Below are positions 23,319 through 36,059 of a DNA stretch of 64,000 bases, one piece after another. Source of the stretch: Stegostoma tigrinum (Eukaryota); contig NC_081365.1 of assembly GCF_030684315.1 (NCBI RefSeq), positions 61,186,481 through 61,250,480 of the forward strand, read 5' to 3'. Position numbers and translations under genes: made by a program. A model generated the notes under the pieces. It was not told the origin of the DNA, ran no database searches, and saw nothing but the letters and a program-made list of their open reading frames with translations. Position 1 is the stretch's first letter; every line of letters begins with the position of its first letter.

Positions 23319-26300
23319 TAATATTTTTGCCTCAACCACTTTCAGTAGCAGAGAGTTTCACAGGCTCACCATGTTCAGGGTGAATAAATTTGCCCTCAAA
23401 GACCATAAAACCATAAGACCGTAAGATATAGAAGCAGAATTAGGACATTTGGCCCATTGAGCCCGCTGCATCATTCGATGATGGCGGATACCTTTCTCAA
23501 CCCCACTCTCCTGACCTCTCCCTGCAAGTCTATATCCGCTTACCAATCAAGAACGTATTTGTCTCTGTTTTAAAGGTACTCAATGGCTTGGCTTCCATAG
23601 CCTTCTGTGGCAATGAGTTCCACGGATTAATCACCCTCTGGCCGAAGAAATTCATCCTGTTCTCAATTATGAGGGGTCATCCCTTCATTCTGACGCTGTG
23701 CCCTCTATACCTAGTCTCTCCTACTAGGGCAGACATCTTCTGCATGTCTACTCCATCCAAGGCTCTCACTATTCTGTAAGATTCAATGAGATCCCCCGTC
23801 ATTCTTCTAAACTCCATTGAGTACAGACCCAGAGTCCTAAACCGCTCTTCATATGACAAGACCTTCATCTCTCGGATTATTCTTGTAAATGTCCTTTGGA
23901 CCCCCTTCAATGCCAGCATATCCTTCCTTTAGATATAGGGTCCAAAACAGCTCACATTATTCCAAATGCGGTCTGACCGTAGCTTATACAGCCTCAGCAA
24001 TACATCTCTGCAGTTGTACTCTAGCCCTCTTGAACTGAATTCCAATATTGTGTTGCCTTCCTAAACTCCAAATGAACCTTCATGTCAACCGTAAAAGAAT
24101 TCTGAACTAGGACTCCCAAGTCCCCCTGTGCTTCAGATTTCTGAACCCTTTCCCCATTTAGAAAATAATCTATGCCTCTTTTCTTCCTACCAAAGTGCGT
24201 AACCTCACATTTTCTCACATTGTATTCATCTGCTACTTCTTTGCCTGCCCAAGTCCTTTAGCAACCTCCCTGCTTCTTCAACATAACTCATCTCTCCACC
24301 TTCTTTTATGTCACCTGTAAACTTAGCAACAATGCCTCTTAGTTCTTTCATCCAGATCATTAATGTATAACCTGAATAGTTGTGGCTCCATCGCTGACCC
24401 CTGCGGAACTCCACTAATCACTGACAGCCATCCTAAAAGACCCCTTAATCCCCAGCCTCTGCCATCTGTCAGTCGTCTATCCATGCCAGTACCTTGCCCC
24501 TAACACCATAGGCGCTCATTTAGCAGCCTACTGTCAAAGGATTTCTCGAAATCCAAATAGTTCATGCCTACTGGCTCTCCTAGTTTTTTACCTCCTTAAA
24601 GAATTTTAACAGATTCGTCATGCATAACATCCCCTTGAAGAAACCATGCTGAGTCCACCATATTTTACCATGTACCTCCAAGCACTCTGCAATCATATCC
24701 TTAATAACACACTCTAAAATCTTCCGAACAACTGAGGTCAGGCCACCAGCATATTGTTTCCTGCCTTCTGCCTCCCTCCTTTCTTAAATGTTACATTAGC
24801 CATTTTCCAGTCCTCTGGGACTCTCCCTGCCTCAAGGGTTCCATGAAAGGTCACCACCAATGTCCCTACAATCTCCTCAACTGTATTTTCAAAACCCTGG
24901 GGTGTAATCCATTTGGTCTGGGTGGTTTATCCACCTTCAGACCTTTCAGCTTCCCCAACACCTTTTCCTGTACCTGTACCCCCTGAATCTTTTGAAGCTC
25001 TGATATATTGCTGGCATCTTCGATTGTGAAATTAGATGCAAAGAATCTATTCAATTGTTTGATCCCAAACACTACTTCTCTAGTCTTATTTTCTAGCTGT
25101 CCAATGTCCACTCTAGCCTCTCCTTTTACCTTTTATTTATCTAAAACAACTTGCAATCATCTTTTATAATATTAACTAGTTTATTCTCGATTTCATCTTT
25201 TCCCACCTTATTGGTTTTTAAAGGCTTCCCAATCCACTTGCTTCTCACAAGTCTTCAGCACATTGTATGCTTTTCCTTTTGTTTTTATGCTGACCCTGAC
25301 TTCCCTTGTCAACCATGTTTGCTTCATGCTCCCCTCAGTATGTTTCTTCTTCCTTGGGATGAATGTCTGCTGTGCCTCCTGAATTACCCCCAGAAATTCC
25401 TGCCATTGCTGCTGCATCGTCTTCCCTTCCAATCGACTCTGACCAGCTCCTCCCTCATGTCTTTGCAGTTATCTTTACTCAATTGTAGTACTATTACATC
25501 TGATTCAAGTTATTCCCTCTGAAACCACAGGGTGAATTTTGCCATATTGTGGAAACTTCTTCCTGGGGATCCCTCCATGTCTCCACTCAGTCACTGCTGT
25601 CTACATCTGACAAATGATTCCTTCTTTTCCTTGACCAGATCCTCATTTTCTAGAGTGATGCCTCTTTGAAATCCCTCCATAGACAAAACATCTTCTGGTA
25701 AGGAGGCCAAAACTGAACTTAATAGTCTAAGTGTCTCATCCAGGCCCTGTATGATTGCTGCAAGACATCCCTGCTCCCATACTCAAATCCACTCATGATG
25801 AAGGCCAATATGTTGTTTGCCTTCTTTGCCATTGCTGAACCTGCATGTTTATTTTTAGTGACTGGTGTATAAGGATGCCCACGTTTGTTGCATCTCCCCT
25901 TTCTAAAGTATAGTCATTCGGATAATAATCTGCCTTCCTATTTTTGCTACTTCACATGTATTCATGTTAAACCTCATCAACAGTGCATTTGTCTACTCAC
26001 TGAACTTGTCCAAATCACACTGGAGCATCCCGGCATCCTCCTCACAAATCAGTCTCTGACTCAGATTTGTGACTTGTGCAACCTTAGTAATATTACATTT
26101 AGTTCCCTCATCTAAATTGTTTACAAAAATTGTGAATAGTTGGATCCAAACACAGATCTCTGCGTACTCCACTAGTTACTGCCTGCCAAAATAAAACCCA
26201 TTTATTTCTACTCTTTGCTTCTTGTCTGCCAACCAGTTCTCTATCTCTGTCAGCACCATGCGCTTAATTTTACATGCTAATCTCTTTTGCGGGACATTAT

Positions 26301-26864
26301 CAAAAGGATTCTGAAAATTTATGTAAATCAGGTCCACTGACACCCCTTTACCTACTGCATTAGTTATGTCTCTGAAAAGTTCCAGTGGATTTGACATGCA
26401 TGATTTCCCTTTCATAAATCCATAAAGTCTCTGTCTGGTCTTGTCACTGATATTAAATCTTTTATAATGGACCATAGCATTCTCCCCACTACTATGTCAG
26501 GCTATCCAGTCTATAATTCCCTGTGTTCTCTTACCTTCTTTATCAAATATTGGGAAATGGACTCACATTAGCTATCCCCTCATCCAAAGGAACTGTTCTA
26601 AATTCTATGGAATCTTGAAAAAAATGACCACTGGTGCATCCACTTTATCTAAGGCTACTTGCTTAAGTGCTCTAGGATATAGATTATTAGGTCCTGGGGA
26701 TTTATTGGCCTTTGATCCCATCAATTTTCCCAACACCATCTCCATGCAAATTCTCATTTCCTTCAGATCGTCCCTCTCATTAAGCCCTGCTTGCTGCAAT
26801 GTTTTGAGACGTTATTTTCTGTGCTCCTTTGTGAAGGCAGAATCAAAGTGTATATTTAATTGTT

Positions 26865-26997
26865 ACAGAGATAGTAGGAACTGCTGTTGTTAGATATTCT
26901 GCGATAACAAGGTGTAGAGCTAGATGAACACAGCAGGCCAAGCAGTATTAGAGGAACTGGAAAGCTGACGTTTCAGGTCTAGACTCTTCTTCAGAAA
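26865..26997 (-). mobile_element. Penelope pLTR-derived insertion
   Basis: AGAGATAGTAGGAACTGC...GATGAACACAGCAGGCCAAGCAG...GCTGACGTTTCAGGTCTAGACTCTTCTTCAG. Confidence 0.75.
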
Positions 26998-27754
26998 ATC
27001 CCTTTATATATCCCTATATATATTCCCAAATATTTAATTGGTCCACCTGTTTTTTGATTCTAAGGGACCGACATTTGTCTTCAAAAATCTTCATTCATTT
27101 TGCATACTGCCCGAATATTTTACAATCAGTTTGCATGTTCCCTGCAAGCTTCTTCCTGTACTCTATATTTTCTCTCTTAAGCAATTCCTTTATCCTTCTT
27201 TGCTGAAATCTAAACTGCCCCCAATTCTTAGGTGTGCTGCTCTTTTGGCCAGTTTGTATGTCCTTTGTTTGATCTAATACTATCATTAATTTTCCTTGTT
27301 AGCCATGCTTGAACTCCCTTTCCCATTTTGTTTGTGTGCCAGACAGGACACCAGACAATTGTCTTTGATCTTAATGTGTTCATTTTCATTCTTGTCCAGT
27401 AACCTGTAAATATAATGAGTAGATCTCCCTGTGATATATTTACTTGAAGTTCCCCCTACTTAAGTTCTTGCATTCTCTAAATTACATCACATGAAATTGA
27501 GCTGGTCTTGCTTTGTTTTGAACTATTTCTCTTCCCACCTTTTTGACTTAACTACTCCCTCACTGTACTTCAAATTGTCTATGTTTTAAACTAATGCATC
27601 CAAATCATTCTTCTCACTAAATATTATTATCCTCATTTATTTGTCTCTTTTCTGTTTGTTGCTCCTGATTCTTTTTATTTGCCCAGATTGCCTTTCCTTT
27701 CCTAATGTGAATAATTTGCTATTTCCTGATTTAACCATTATAACAGTACGTTAG

Positions 27755-27967
27755 AGATAGTGGGACTGCAGATGCTGGAGAATCCAAGATAATAAAGTGT
27801 GAAGCTGGATGAACACAGCAGGCCAAGCAGCATCTCAGGAGCACAAAAGCTCACGTTTCGGGCCTAGACCCTTCTCTGATGAAGGGTCTAGGCCCGAAAC
27901 GTCAGCTTTTGTGCTCCTGAGATGCTGCTTGGCCTGCTGTGTTCATCCAGCTTCACACTTTATTATC
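27755..27967. mobile_element. Head-to-head inverted Penelope pLTR pair with 17-bp TSD
   Basis: Arms 27786-27874 / 27881-27969 (89 bp, one mismatch seen); TTATAACAGTAC(G/A)TTAG at 27738-27754 and 27968-27984. Confidence 0.9.
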
Positions 27968-29772
27968 TTATAACAGTACATTAGCTCTCCTTTTCTTGAA
28001 ATATAATCCATCCTCGCAAACATTTCCTTTCTGTCCCAGAACTGAGGCCAACAATATTGAATTCTTCTTCCTCACAATTAACACACCTTCAGCAATTCAC
28101 TGAGTTACCTAATCTTCCTATTCTGGCAGTAAATTGTGGAAACAATACGAAAATTATCACCCATTATGTTTTATTTCCAAGATTATTTTCTATTTTCATG
28201 AATTTGTTTTGCAGTCTCGAGGCTGTTGCTTATTAATTCTTCATGAAATTCAGGCATTGCTGGAAAGTGCAGCATTTGTTGTCTTTCCCTAAGTGCTCTT
28301 ACTAGTCCATTTCAGAAGCCAATTAATTGTTTACCACATTTACTACATGTCTGTAGTCACATGTAGGCCAGGCCAGGTAAAGATGGCAGATTTTCTTCAT
28401 GATAAGGCATAAGTGAACACAGCAGACTTCTACAACATTCACTGATACTTTCATGGTCACCATTACTGAGGCCAACTTTACATTTCAGATTTATCAACTG
28501 AATTAATTTCTACCAGCTGTGTGAGTCAAGATGGTTTTGTTGTATTGATGTGCTTTCAATAATAAACTTGCTTAGTATGAGAGGATCCACAAGTCCAGAT
28601 ATTTAATGTATGTGCTTCACTGGGGAGTAAATGATAGAAAACTGTAGGATTATGCATGAATGCAGTAAGACAGAATTCCTACCAAAAATAATGAGAGTTT
28701 AGTGCTATGGGTCACTGTTTGGCCTGGGATAAGCAACTCCATTCAGTGCATAGTACTGTTCGATTCAGGACTGGAGCGTAAACAGTTGGTGCCACCTCTC
28801 TGCTATTAACATGCAAGGTTTTTGTTGGGAGCCTTGAGCTAAATTATTCAAAAATGACTTGATTCTGGCTCAGTGTTTTGTACATAGGAGAGCTGCAATC
28901 CGTTAGAAGTCATTTCCCAAGACAAATTTTTGACTTGATCATTTTCATGATTGGTTCCAGATGGATCACAATAGCCAGTTCTATGCTTTGCCCTGTGCAA
29001 TCCTTGCCAATGTGTCATATTCCTTACCCTAATACATGCGAGGCAACAAATCAGACCTTATGCTTGTTCTTGCATGTACTAAATCAACTAACTATTACAT
29101 CCCCTATCATTAATGCATTTTAGGTCATGCCATTAATCTATACCCCCAGTTCCCACCACATTCCTCTCTTTGAGCCTTTTCATATTTGTGTTTTAAGTTT
29201 TGTTTGATAACCTGCCATAGAGCTCATTTTTCCCACAGGGAGCTAGAGCTTTAAATCTGTTTAAAACCATCAATTGTTGGAGTTCTTCTACTTTATATCT
29301 TGTTTTCTTGCCGTTCTCCACCCCTTAATAATCACTTATTTTTCTTTTCCATAACCTATGCTCTATATCTCATTGGTGTGACTACCCTTTCAAACTATTG
29401 CACCAAAACCTATTTAATTCCTGGGCTAAAAGTGCTGAATCATCTCCATTTCCTTGTCATTGTGAGATTTTCAGCTCAAACAATGCATGTTGATCCCATT
29501 TCCATCCTTTGAGAGTCACCATTTCACTTCTTATGTTACTTTTATTCCCTAGTGATTCCACCATAAAATGTCGATAATATTTTATTCAAAAATTCTTAAA
29601 ATGTAATTCAGGTTTGTTGAATTGTGACAATGCTTCTATCAATGTTTCTTTGTTTGAATTTATCAGAACACAGAACATGTTGATGTTTTCTTAATTTAGG
29701 TCAAGTCTGTTTTCTCTCCAGTGGGCACACAAAGTACATATTTGATAATTGGCTTTTTCTGTTCCATAACAG

Positions 29773-29820
29773 GTACAAGCGTTGATCTGGATGCGTGACA
29801 AAGAAATCTGCGTAGAATAA
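29773..29820 (+). CDS. TEX55: TEX55-like last coding exon
   Basis: CTTTTTCTGTTCCATAACAG|GTA CAA GCG...; VQALIWMRDKEICVE*; continues the DD helix in phase 0. Confidence 0.7.
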   Translation, partial: VQALIWMRDKEICVE

Positions 29821-30094
29821 TCTCACTTCAGCAAACTGTGTGATAAAAACATTTTGAAGAATTGGCTATATTTTGCTTTTTTGACAAGTCTTCGTTTATG
29901 GTTTCCATTACTGTAATATTACATACAGAACAGTGTACCAGTACAAGCGATCAATAATCACAAAATAATTGGTTGAGGTAGAAACTTATTCCCCAGCAGA
30001 AAGGAAGAGAATCAGGACAGCTCTGTTTGCAATTATGTTTAGTTGCTTGTTTTTTGCTGTTACGGTGCTACATTCTTCAGTTTTCTGAAAAACA

Positions 30095-30100
30095 ATTAAA
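30095..30100 (+). terminator. Candidate TEX55 polyadenylation signal ATTAAA
   Basis: ATTAAA about 275 nt after the stop codon, followed by a T/GT-rich tract. Confidence 0.4.
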
Positions 30101-30852
30101 TAAGTAAAAACATCATTATTTTGCATGTCATATTTGTTCTAATTTTGCCAGTTTTGTTTGTTGTAATTTGCTTTTAAACTTTTTCCTTTCATGTTCTGCT
30201 TTGCTTTTCTAATTTTTTCCTTTCATTTTTGTGATTTGAACTTTTGTTCAGTTTAACTTCAAGATACCCAAGCACCATCTGGTATCTTCCACAAATAGAC
30301 TTTAGTGATATGTGACCCTTGATAGTGTGTGCCGGTCAATGTCTACCAATCCACAGCTGTACATGGGGAGGAGAGATTTTCAGACTGCAATCAATAACAG
30401 AAATTCTTGCTACAATTCTGAGCAGTTTTCCCACCCTAACCTGGATGCTGACTGCAGTTCTAAGCTTTTCTATTGCTGCCATTTCTGTGTGTTTCTCTGT
30501 TCCTATTGTTGTTATTTCTATATTTTGAGTGCATGGAATGTGGACCTGCATAGAAAGGGCAAGTGGTGATAGGAGATAAAAAGCAGTGCTAGAGAGCGAG
30601 GCCCAGCCCAGGGAAAGCAGATCAGTGTGAGAAGGCCAGCAGTGATGGGGATTAAAATCCAACAGCAGAGAGCCCTTTCAACCTGTCAGAACTGAGATCA
30701 TGCATCACAGGAAAATATGTTGATGGGTCTTTCATTTGTGCCTCTTCCGATTGGCGAAGTGGTTTAAATGAGGACACGTTTTTACAGCTGAATACAGATG
30801 AAAAATTCACTTTTATAATAATTAGCATCTAAATTAATTAAATAGAGTAGAG

Positions 30853-31530
30853 ATGGCTGGGCAGGTGATGTGTTACAGTTGTAGTATATGGGCACTGCTG
30901 GAAGCCAGTATAATCCATGGTGACTACATCTATAGCAAGTGTTGGTTACCGAAAGACCTTCGGCTCAGAATTGATGAGTTGGAATTCAAGCTGCTGACAT
31001 TGCAACACATCAAGGAGACAGAGAGGTACTTGGACATGGTTACAGTTGGCAGTCACACCCCTTTGACTAATTACATCAAAGATGGTCCAAGGCCAGGAAC
31101 AGGAGTGTATGGTTGAAGTTGGGCAGATATGAGGATATAGACTTAAGCTTGGAGGATCCTCAGCCCAGTGCCATTGTCCAATAGGGATGCTGTTCTTGCT
31201 CCCAGTGTGGGCAAAGGCACAGACTGTGGGAAGAATGAGTGAACTGATGACTGGTTCAGAGTGCCATTCAAGACAGGTATGGAAAGATAATTGTAACAGT
31301 ATTAAGAATAACATTGTGAGGAGGATATACACTGTTCTCTGCAGCAAAGACTGAGAGTCCTGAAATCTGTGGTTGCTTACCTGGTGCCAAGGTTAAAGGG
31401 CACCCCTTATGGTTTGGAGAGGAATGATTGAGAGGGGAATGATTCACTTTTTGAATCCCATAAGGCCCAAGGACAAAAGTTGGACTAGGCAAGAGTTCTG
31501 TTGAAGGATTATGAGCAGCTCAGATTTAAG
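30853..31530 (+). mobile_element. CR1 LINE ORF1 remnant
   Basis: MAGQVMCYSCSIW...YIYSKCWLPKDLRLRIDELEFKL (zinc finger/leucine zipper-like) and a downstream CLPGAKV esterase-like motif. Confidence 0.65.
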
Positions 31531-31539
31531 TCATCTAAT

Positions 31540-32470
31540 AGAATCACAGAGATAATCTGTTCCCTGTTAGCTAGCCAATCTTTTATCCATGTCAATATGT
31601 TACATCTCCATTGTGAGCTTTTCTCTTCCACAATAACCTTTGTCACTTTATCAAATGCCTTCTGGAAATCCAGTACAGTAGTTTTCCTTTATCCATTGCC
31701 TGTGCTCCTTCTTCAAACAATTCCAGTATTAGTTAAACATGATTTTCCTTTCACAAAACCGTGTTGACCATGCCTGATTACCTTGCATTTATCAAAGTGT
31801 CCTGCTATAACATCCTTAATATTAGCTAACTGGCCTATAGTTTGCTGCTGTCTGTCTCCCTCTCTGTTTAAATAAAAGTGTTACGTTCACTGTTTACAAT
31901 TCGAAGACCACATTCTCTAAATCGGAGAAAGTAAGAGCTGCTAATGCTGGAGTCAGAGATAACACAGTGTGGAACTGGAAGAGCACAGCAGGCCAGGCAG
32001 TATCAGAGAAGCAGGAAAGTTGACATTTTGGGTCGGGACCCTTCTTCAGCTTTTTTGGAAAATTAAAACCAATGCATCAACTGGGTCACTACTTCTTTTA
32101 GGACTCTAGAAATCTAATAATTTACTCTGTAGCAATTCCTTGGTAGTTGTAATTTTTGTGAATTCTTCTCTTATATCCTGATTTTCAGCATTTTCCCTCC
32201 ACAGTGAAAATTTCACCTGCCATCTACTTATTTTCCATATATATACCTTTATCTCTTGCCTTATTTCTACTTGTTAATTTTCTAATCTTTAATCTTCACT
32301 AATTTGATCCCTTGCCCTACTATTTTGTTTATAGCTCTCCCTACTTCTCTTGTTATGAAACTTACCAGAATACTTCAAGTATATGCTATTTCTATGGTAG
32401 AGATCCCACTTCCCTCCATATTGGTGCCACTGATCCAGGAACCAAAATCCACTTCTCCCAATGCACAATA
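31540..32470 (-). mobile_element. CR1 fragments (ORF2 RT piece and ORF1 esterase piece) with a PLE insertion at ~31925-32049
   Basis: CATGATTTTCCTTTCACAAAACCGTGTTGAC (QHGFVKGKSC on the minus strand); WFLDQWHQYGGKWDLYHRNSIYL in ORF 32289..32474. Confidence 0.6.
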
Positions 32471-33844
32471 CCATGGTGTGGGAGAAAAAGGTAACACCTC
32501 ACACTTTACAGTGTACTGTTGTATTAGGGAGATCACTGATTCTCTCTGAATAACAAACAACCAAAGGAATATGCTGTTGATTTAATCAACTAGTCAGAGG
32601 TATATAAGGCCAATGTACCCAGCAAAACCAGGTCTGAAATTCATATACAATCCTGCTCAATTGTATGGTAAGCAAAGCGACATTTTGGACTGACAGCAGA
32701 ATCCTGTTTTTTGGAAAATATCACTCAGGTACCCATGCATTACAGCAGCATAAAATAGTTTGCTCAACCTGTTGACCTATTTGAGATAATTTGCTTTTAC
32801 AGGGCAATCTGAGGTAAACCGGACACTTTTCAGCTTTGAAAGTGATGGCCTTTGGCCCATTTGTGTGTTTGCATAATGAATGATAACATCAGAATAGCTG
32901 TTGTTCTTCAGGATGCACTGTAATTCAGCTTCAAGCTCAAAGATGAGAAAATGGCTTTAGCTCTTTTACAAGATTGCTCAAAAGGCCAACATTATAGCTT
33001 GTGGAGCTACATGAGCCCTAATAGCTATACTGACTGGTGAAGGTTCCTTCTCTTGTGCACAGTATGCTGTGTACATACCATTATTAACCAACTGGCAAAA
33101 CCTGAAACAAAACATCTGTCGTTAGATGTGATTCTACGGTTGTTCAGTGAGTGCTGCCTACCAGAGTGCACTGTATTAACAATAAACTTAAGATAATCAG
33201 TTGAACTCGTAACATTACATTTGCTAGAAGTGATATTTGTTTATACACTGTGAGCTGTTCTCTGGGAATATGTTCAAGCAGTATGCAATGGGATCATCTC
33301 AGTCAATCAGTGTACGCTTCCCAATTCCTTTCTCCTGAAATGAAAAATTGTGATTGTTTGAAATTTGGCATTCTTGCGTTTGACCTGACGAGTAGAAGAC
33401 AAATCTTCAGCAACATGCGTTTCATTTCAGCAATATTTAAGATAAAGAAAGGTTTTGTTTCCAATAAGTAACTACATAACCACAAAAAAATGTAGAGGGG
33501 AGATGAGAGTAGTCAAAAGCTGGGATGCTGTCTCCGAAAATATGGTGGAAGTTGAAAGGAAAAGTGAACAAAATTGCTTGCATTTATTTAACACTTTACA
33601 TAGCCATAAGAATACAAAATACTCTACAGCCTGTTATGTATATATTTTTTGAAATGTCGCCATTATGAAACATGAAGTCTGCCAGCTAGTTAGTACATGC
33701 CCAAAGCAAGGAAAGTGACAACGATCGGAGAGAACCTAACTTTTTTGTGATGTTTGTTATAGCCGTAAATATTGGCCAGCACACCAGGGATATCTCCCCT
33801 CTTCTTCATTAAGGAGCGTAGATTTCTTTTACATCTGGACTGGA

Positions 33845-35787
33845 TCAGATGTACCCTAGAACTCTGTGGGAAGCCAGCGAAGTGATTGCTGGGGCCCTTG
33901 CTGAGATATTTGTCTCATCGCTAGCCAGAGCTAAGGTGCTGGAAGACTGGGAGTTGGCTAATATGGTGCCATTATTTAAGAAACTTGGTAAGGAAAAGCC
34001 AGGGAACTATAGGTCAGTAAACCTGACATCAGTAGTGGGCAAATTGTTGGAGGGAATCCTGAAAGGACAGGATTTACATGTATTTGGAAAGGCAAGGACT
34101 GATTAGGAATAGTCAACATAGCTTTGTGTGTGGGAAGTAATATCTCACTAACTTGATTGAGTTTCTTGAAGAACTAACAAAGAGAACTAATGAAGGCAAT
34201 GTGGTGGACATGATCTATATGGACTTTTGTAAGGCTTTCGAAAGGTTCCTCATGGTAGACTGGTTAGCAAGGTTAGATCACTTGGACTACAGGGTGAACT
34301 AGCCATTTGGATACTGAACTGGCTTGAAGGTAGAAGACAGAGGGTGGTGGTGGGTTGCTTTTCACACTGGAGGCCTCTGTTCTCTCTGTCTACGTGGGTT
34401 TCCTCTGGATGCTCCAGTTTCCTTCCACAGTCCAAACATGTGCAGGTTAGGTGGATTAGCATTAAGTTTGCAGGTGACACCAAAATTGGAGGTGTAGCAG
34501 AGAGTGAAGAAAGCTACCTCAGAGTACAATGGGATCTTGATCAGATGGACTAATGGGCCGAGGAGTGGCAGTTGGAGTTTAATTTAGATAAATGTGAGAT
34601 GCTGCATTTTGGAAAGGCAAATCAGAGCAGGACTCATTCTTTACTGGTAAATTCCTGAGGAATGTTGCTGAACAAAGAGACCTTGGACTACTGGTTCATA
34701 TTTCCTTGAAAGTGGAGTTGCAGGTAGACAGTTTGATATGCTTGCCTTTAATGGGCAGTGCATTGAGTATAGGATTTGAGAGGTTATATTTTGGCTGTAC
34801 AGGACACTGGTTAGGCCACTTTTGGAATATTGTGTGCAATTTATGGCCACCCTGCTGTAGGAAGGATGTTGTGAAACTTGAAAGGGTTCAGAAAAGATTT
34901 ACAGGATGTTGCCAGGGGTGGAGGGTTTAAGTTATAGGGAGAGGCTAAATAGAATCCCTACAGAGTGGAAATAGGCCCTTCAGCCCAACAAATCCACACT
35001 GACTCTCAAAGCATCCCACCCAGATCCATCCCCCTATAACCCACCTAACCTACACATCCCTCAACACTATGGGCAATTTTCTACGGCCAATCCACCTAAC
35101 TTGCACATTTTTGGACTATGGAAGGAAACTGGAGCACCCAGAGGAAGCCCATGCAGTCAAAGAGAGAACACACAAACTCCACTATGGGCAATTTTCTATG
35201 GCCAATCCACCTAACTTGCACATTTTTGGACTATGGAAGGAAACTGGAGCACCCAGAGGAAACCCATGCAGTCAAAGAGAGAACACACAAACTCCACACA
35301 GACCGTTGGCCAAGGGTGGAATTGAACCTGAGGAGCTGGTTCTGTAAGGCAGCAATGCTAACCATTGAGGCACTGTGCTGCCGTATATAGGCGGAGGCTA
35401 TTTTAACAAGACTGAGGGTTGACCTTGTACATGTTTATAAAATCATTAGGAGCGTGGATAAGGTAAATATACAAGGTCTTTTCCCTGGGGTGGGAGAGTC
35501 CAAAACTAGGTTTAAGGTAAGAGGGGAAAGATTTAAAAGGGATCTGTGGGGCAACTTTTTCATGCAGAGAATGGTGCGTGTTTGGAAAGAGCTGCCTGAG
35601 GAAGTGGTAGAGGCTGGTACAGTTATAACATTTAAAAGGCATCTGGATGGATATCTGAATAGCGAGCGTTTAGCGGGAAATGGGCCAAATGCTGGCAAAT
35701 CAAACCAGATTCATCGAGGATACCTGGTCGGCATGGACGAGTTAGATTGAAGGGTTTGTTTCCGTGCTGAACGTCTCTATGACTCTA
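33845..35787 (+). mobile_element. 5'-truncated CR1 LINE (ORF2 RT to 3' tail), decayed
   Basis: EDWELANMVPLFKKLGKEKPGNYRSVNLTSVVGKLLE, KFAGDTKIGG, LERVQKRFT, FFMQRMVRVWKELPEEVVEAGT; CTCTATGACTCTA tail. Confidence 0.9.
34950..35385 (-). mobile_element. HE1/V-SINE-like SINE with an internal 115-bp tandem duplication, inserted in CR1
   Basis: Similar to 1298-1590; near-identical units at 35065-35179 and 35180-35294. Confidence 0.85.
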
Positions 35788-36059
35788 CCTGAGAGAGAAC
35801 ATGGTCTCCGTTTTAAAATTTTACTTAAATGACACCACCCCAGAGGAATGCAGTACTCCATTAATACTGATGTGAGCATCAGCCTCAGTCTCTATCATGG
35901 GACTTGAACCCACAAGCTTCTGACTCAAAGGTTGAAATGCTCCTAACTGACCCTGTCTATCACAAGCATTTAATGCATAATCAACTTTAAGAGGGATTGG
36001 ACAGGTATTTGAGGTTGGAAATCACAGGGTTACAGACAAAGACAAAAATGTGGAATTCA

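Larger units (their letters stand above)
22985..27340 (-). mobile_element. Nested, decayed CR1 LINE ORF2 fragments
   Basis: Minus-strand peptides LSYEERFRTLGLYSMEFRRMTGDLIE, KCEVTHFGRK, GFMKGKSCMSN, KSPGPNNLYPRALK; (ACCATAA)n-type tail at ~23400. Confidence 0.85.

Noticed and set aside
33849-35750. CR1 RT ORFs as an active or domesticated gene
   Set aside because: Multiple stops and frameshifts, a mutated catalytic motif (FAGD), and SINE interruptions.
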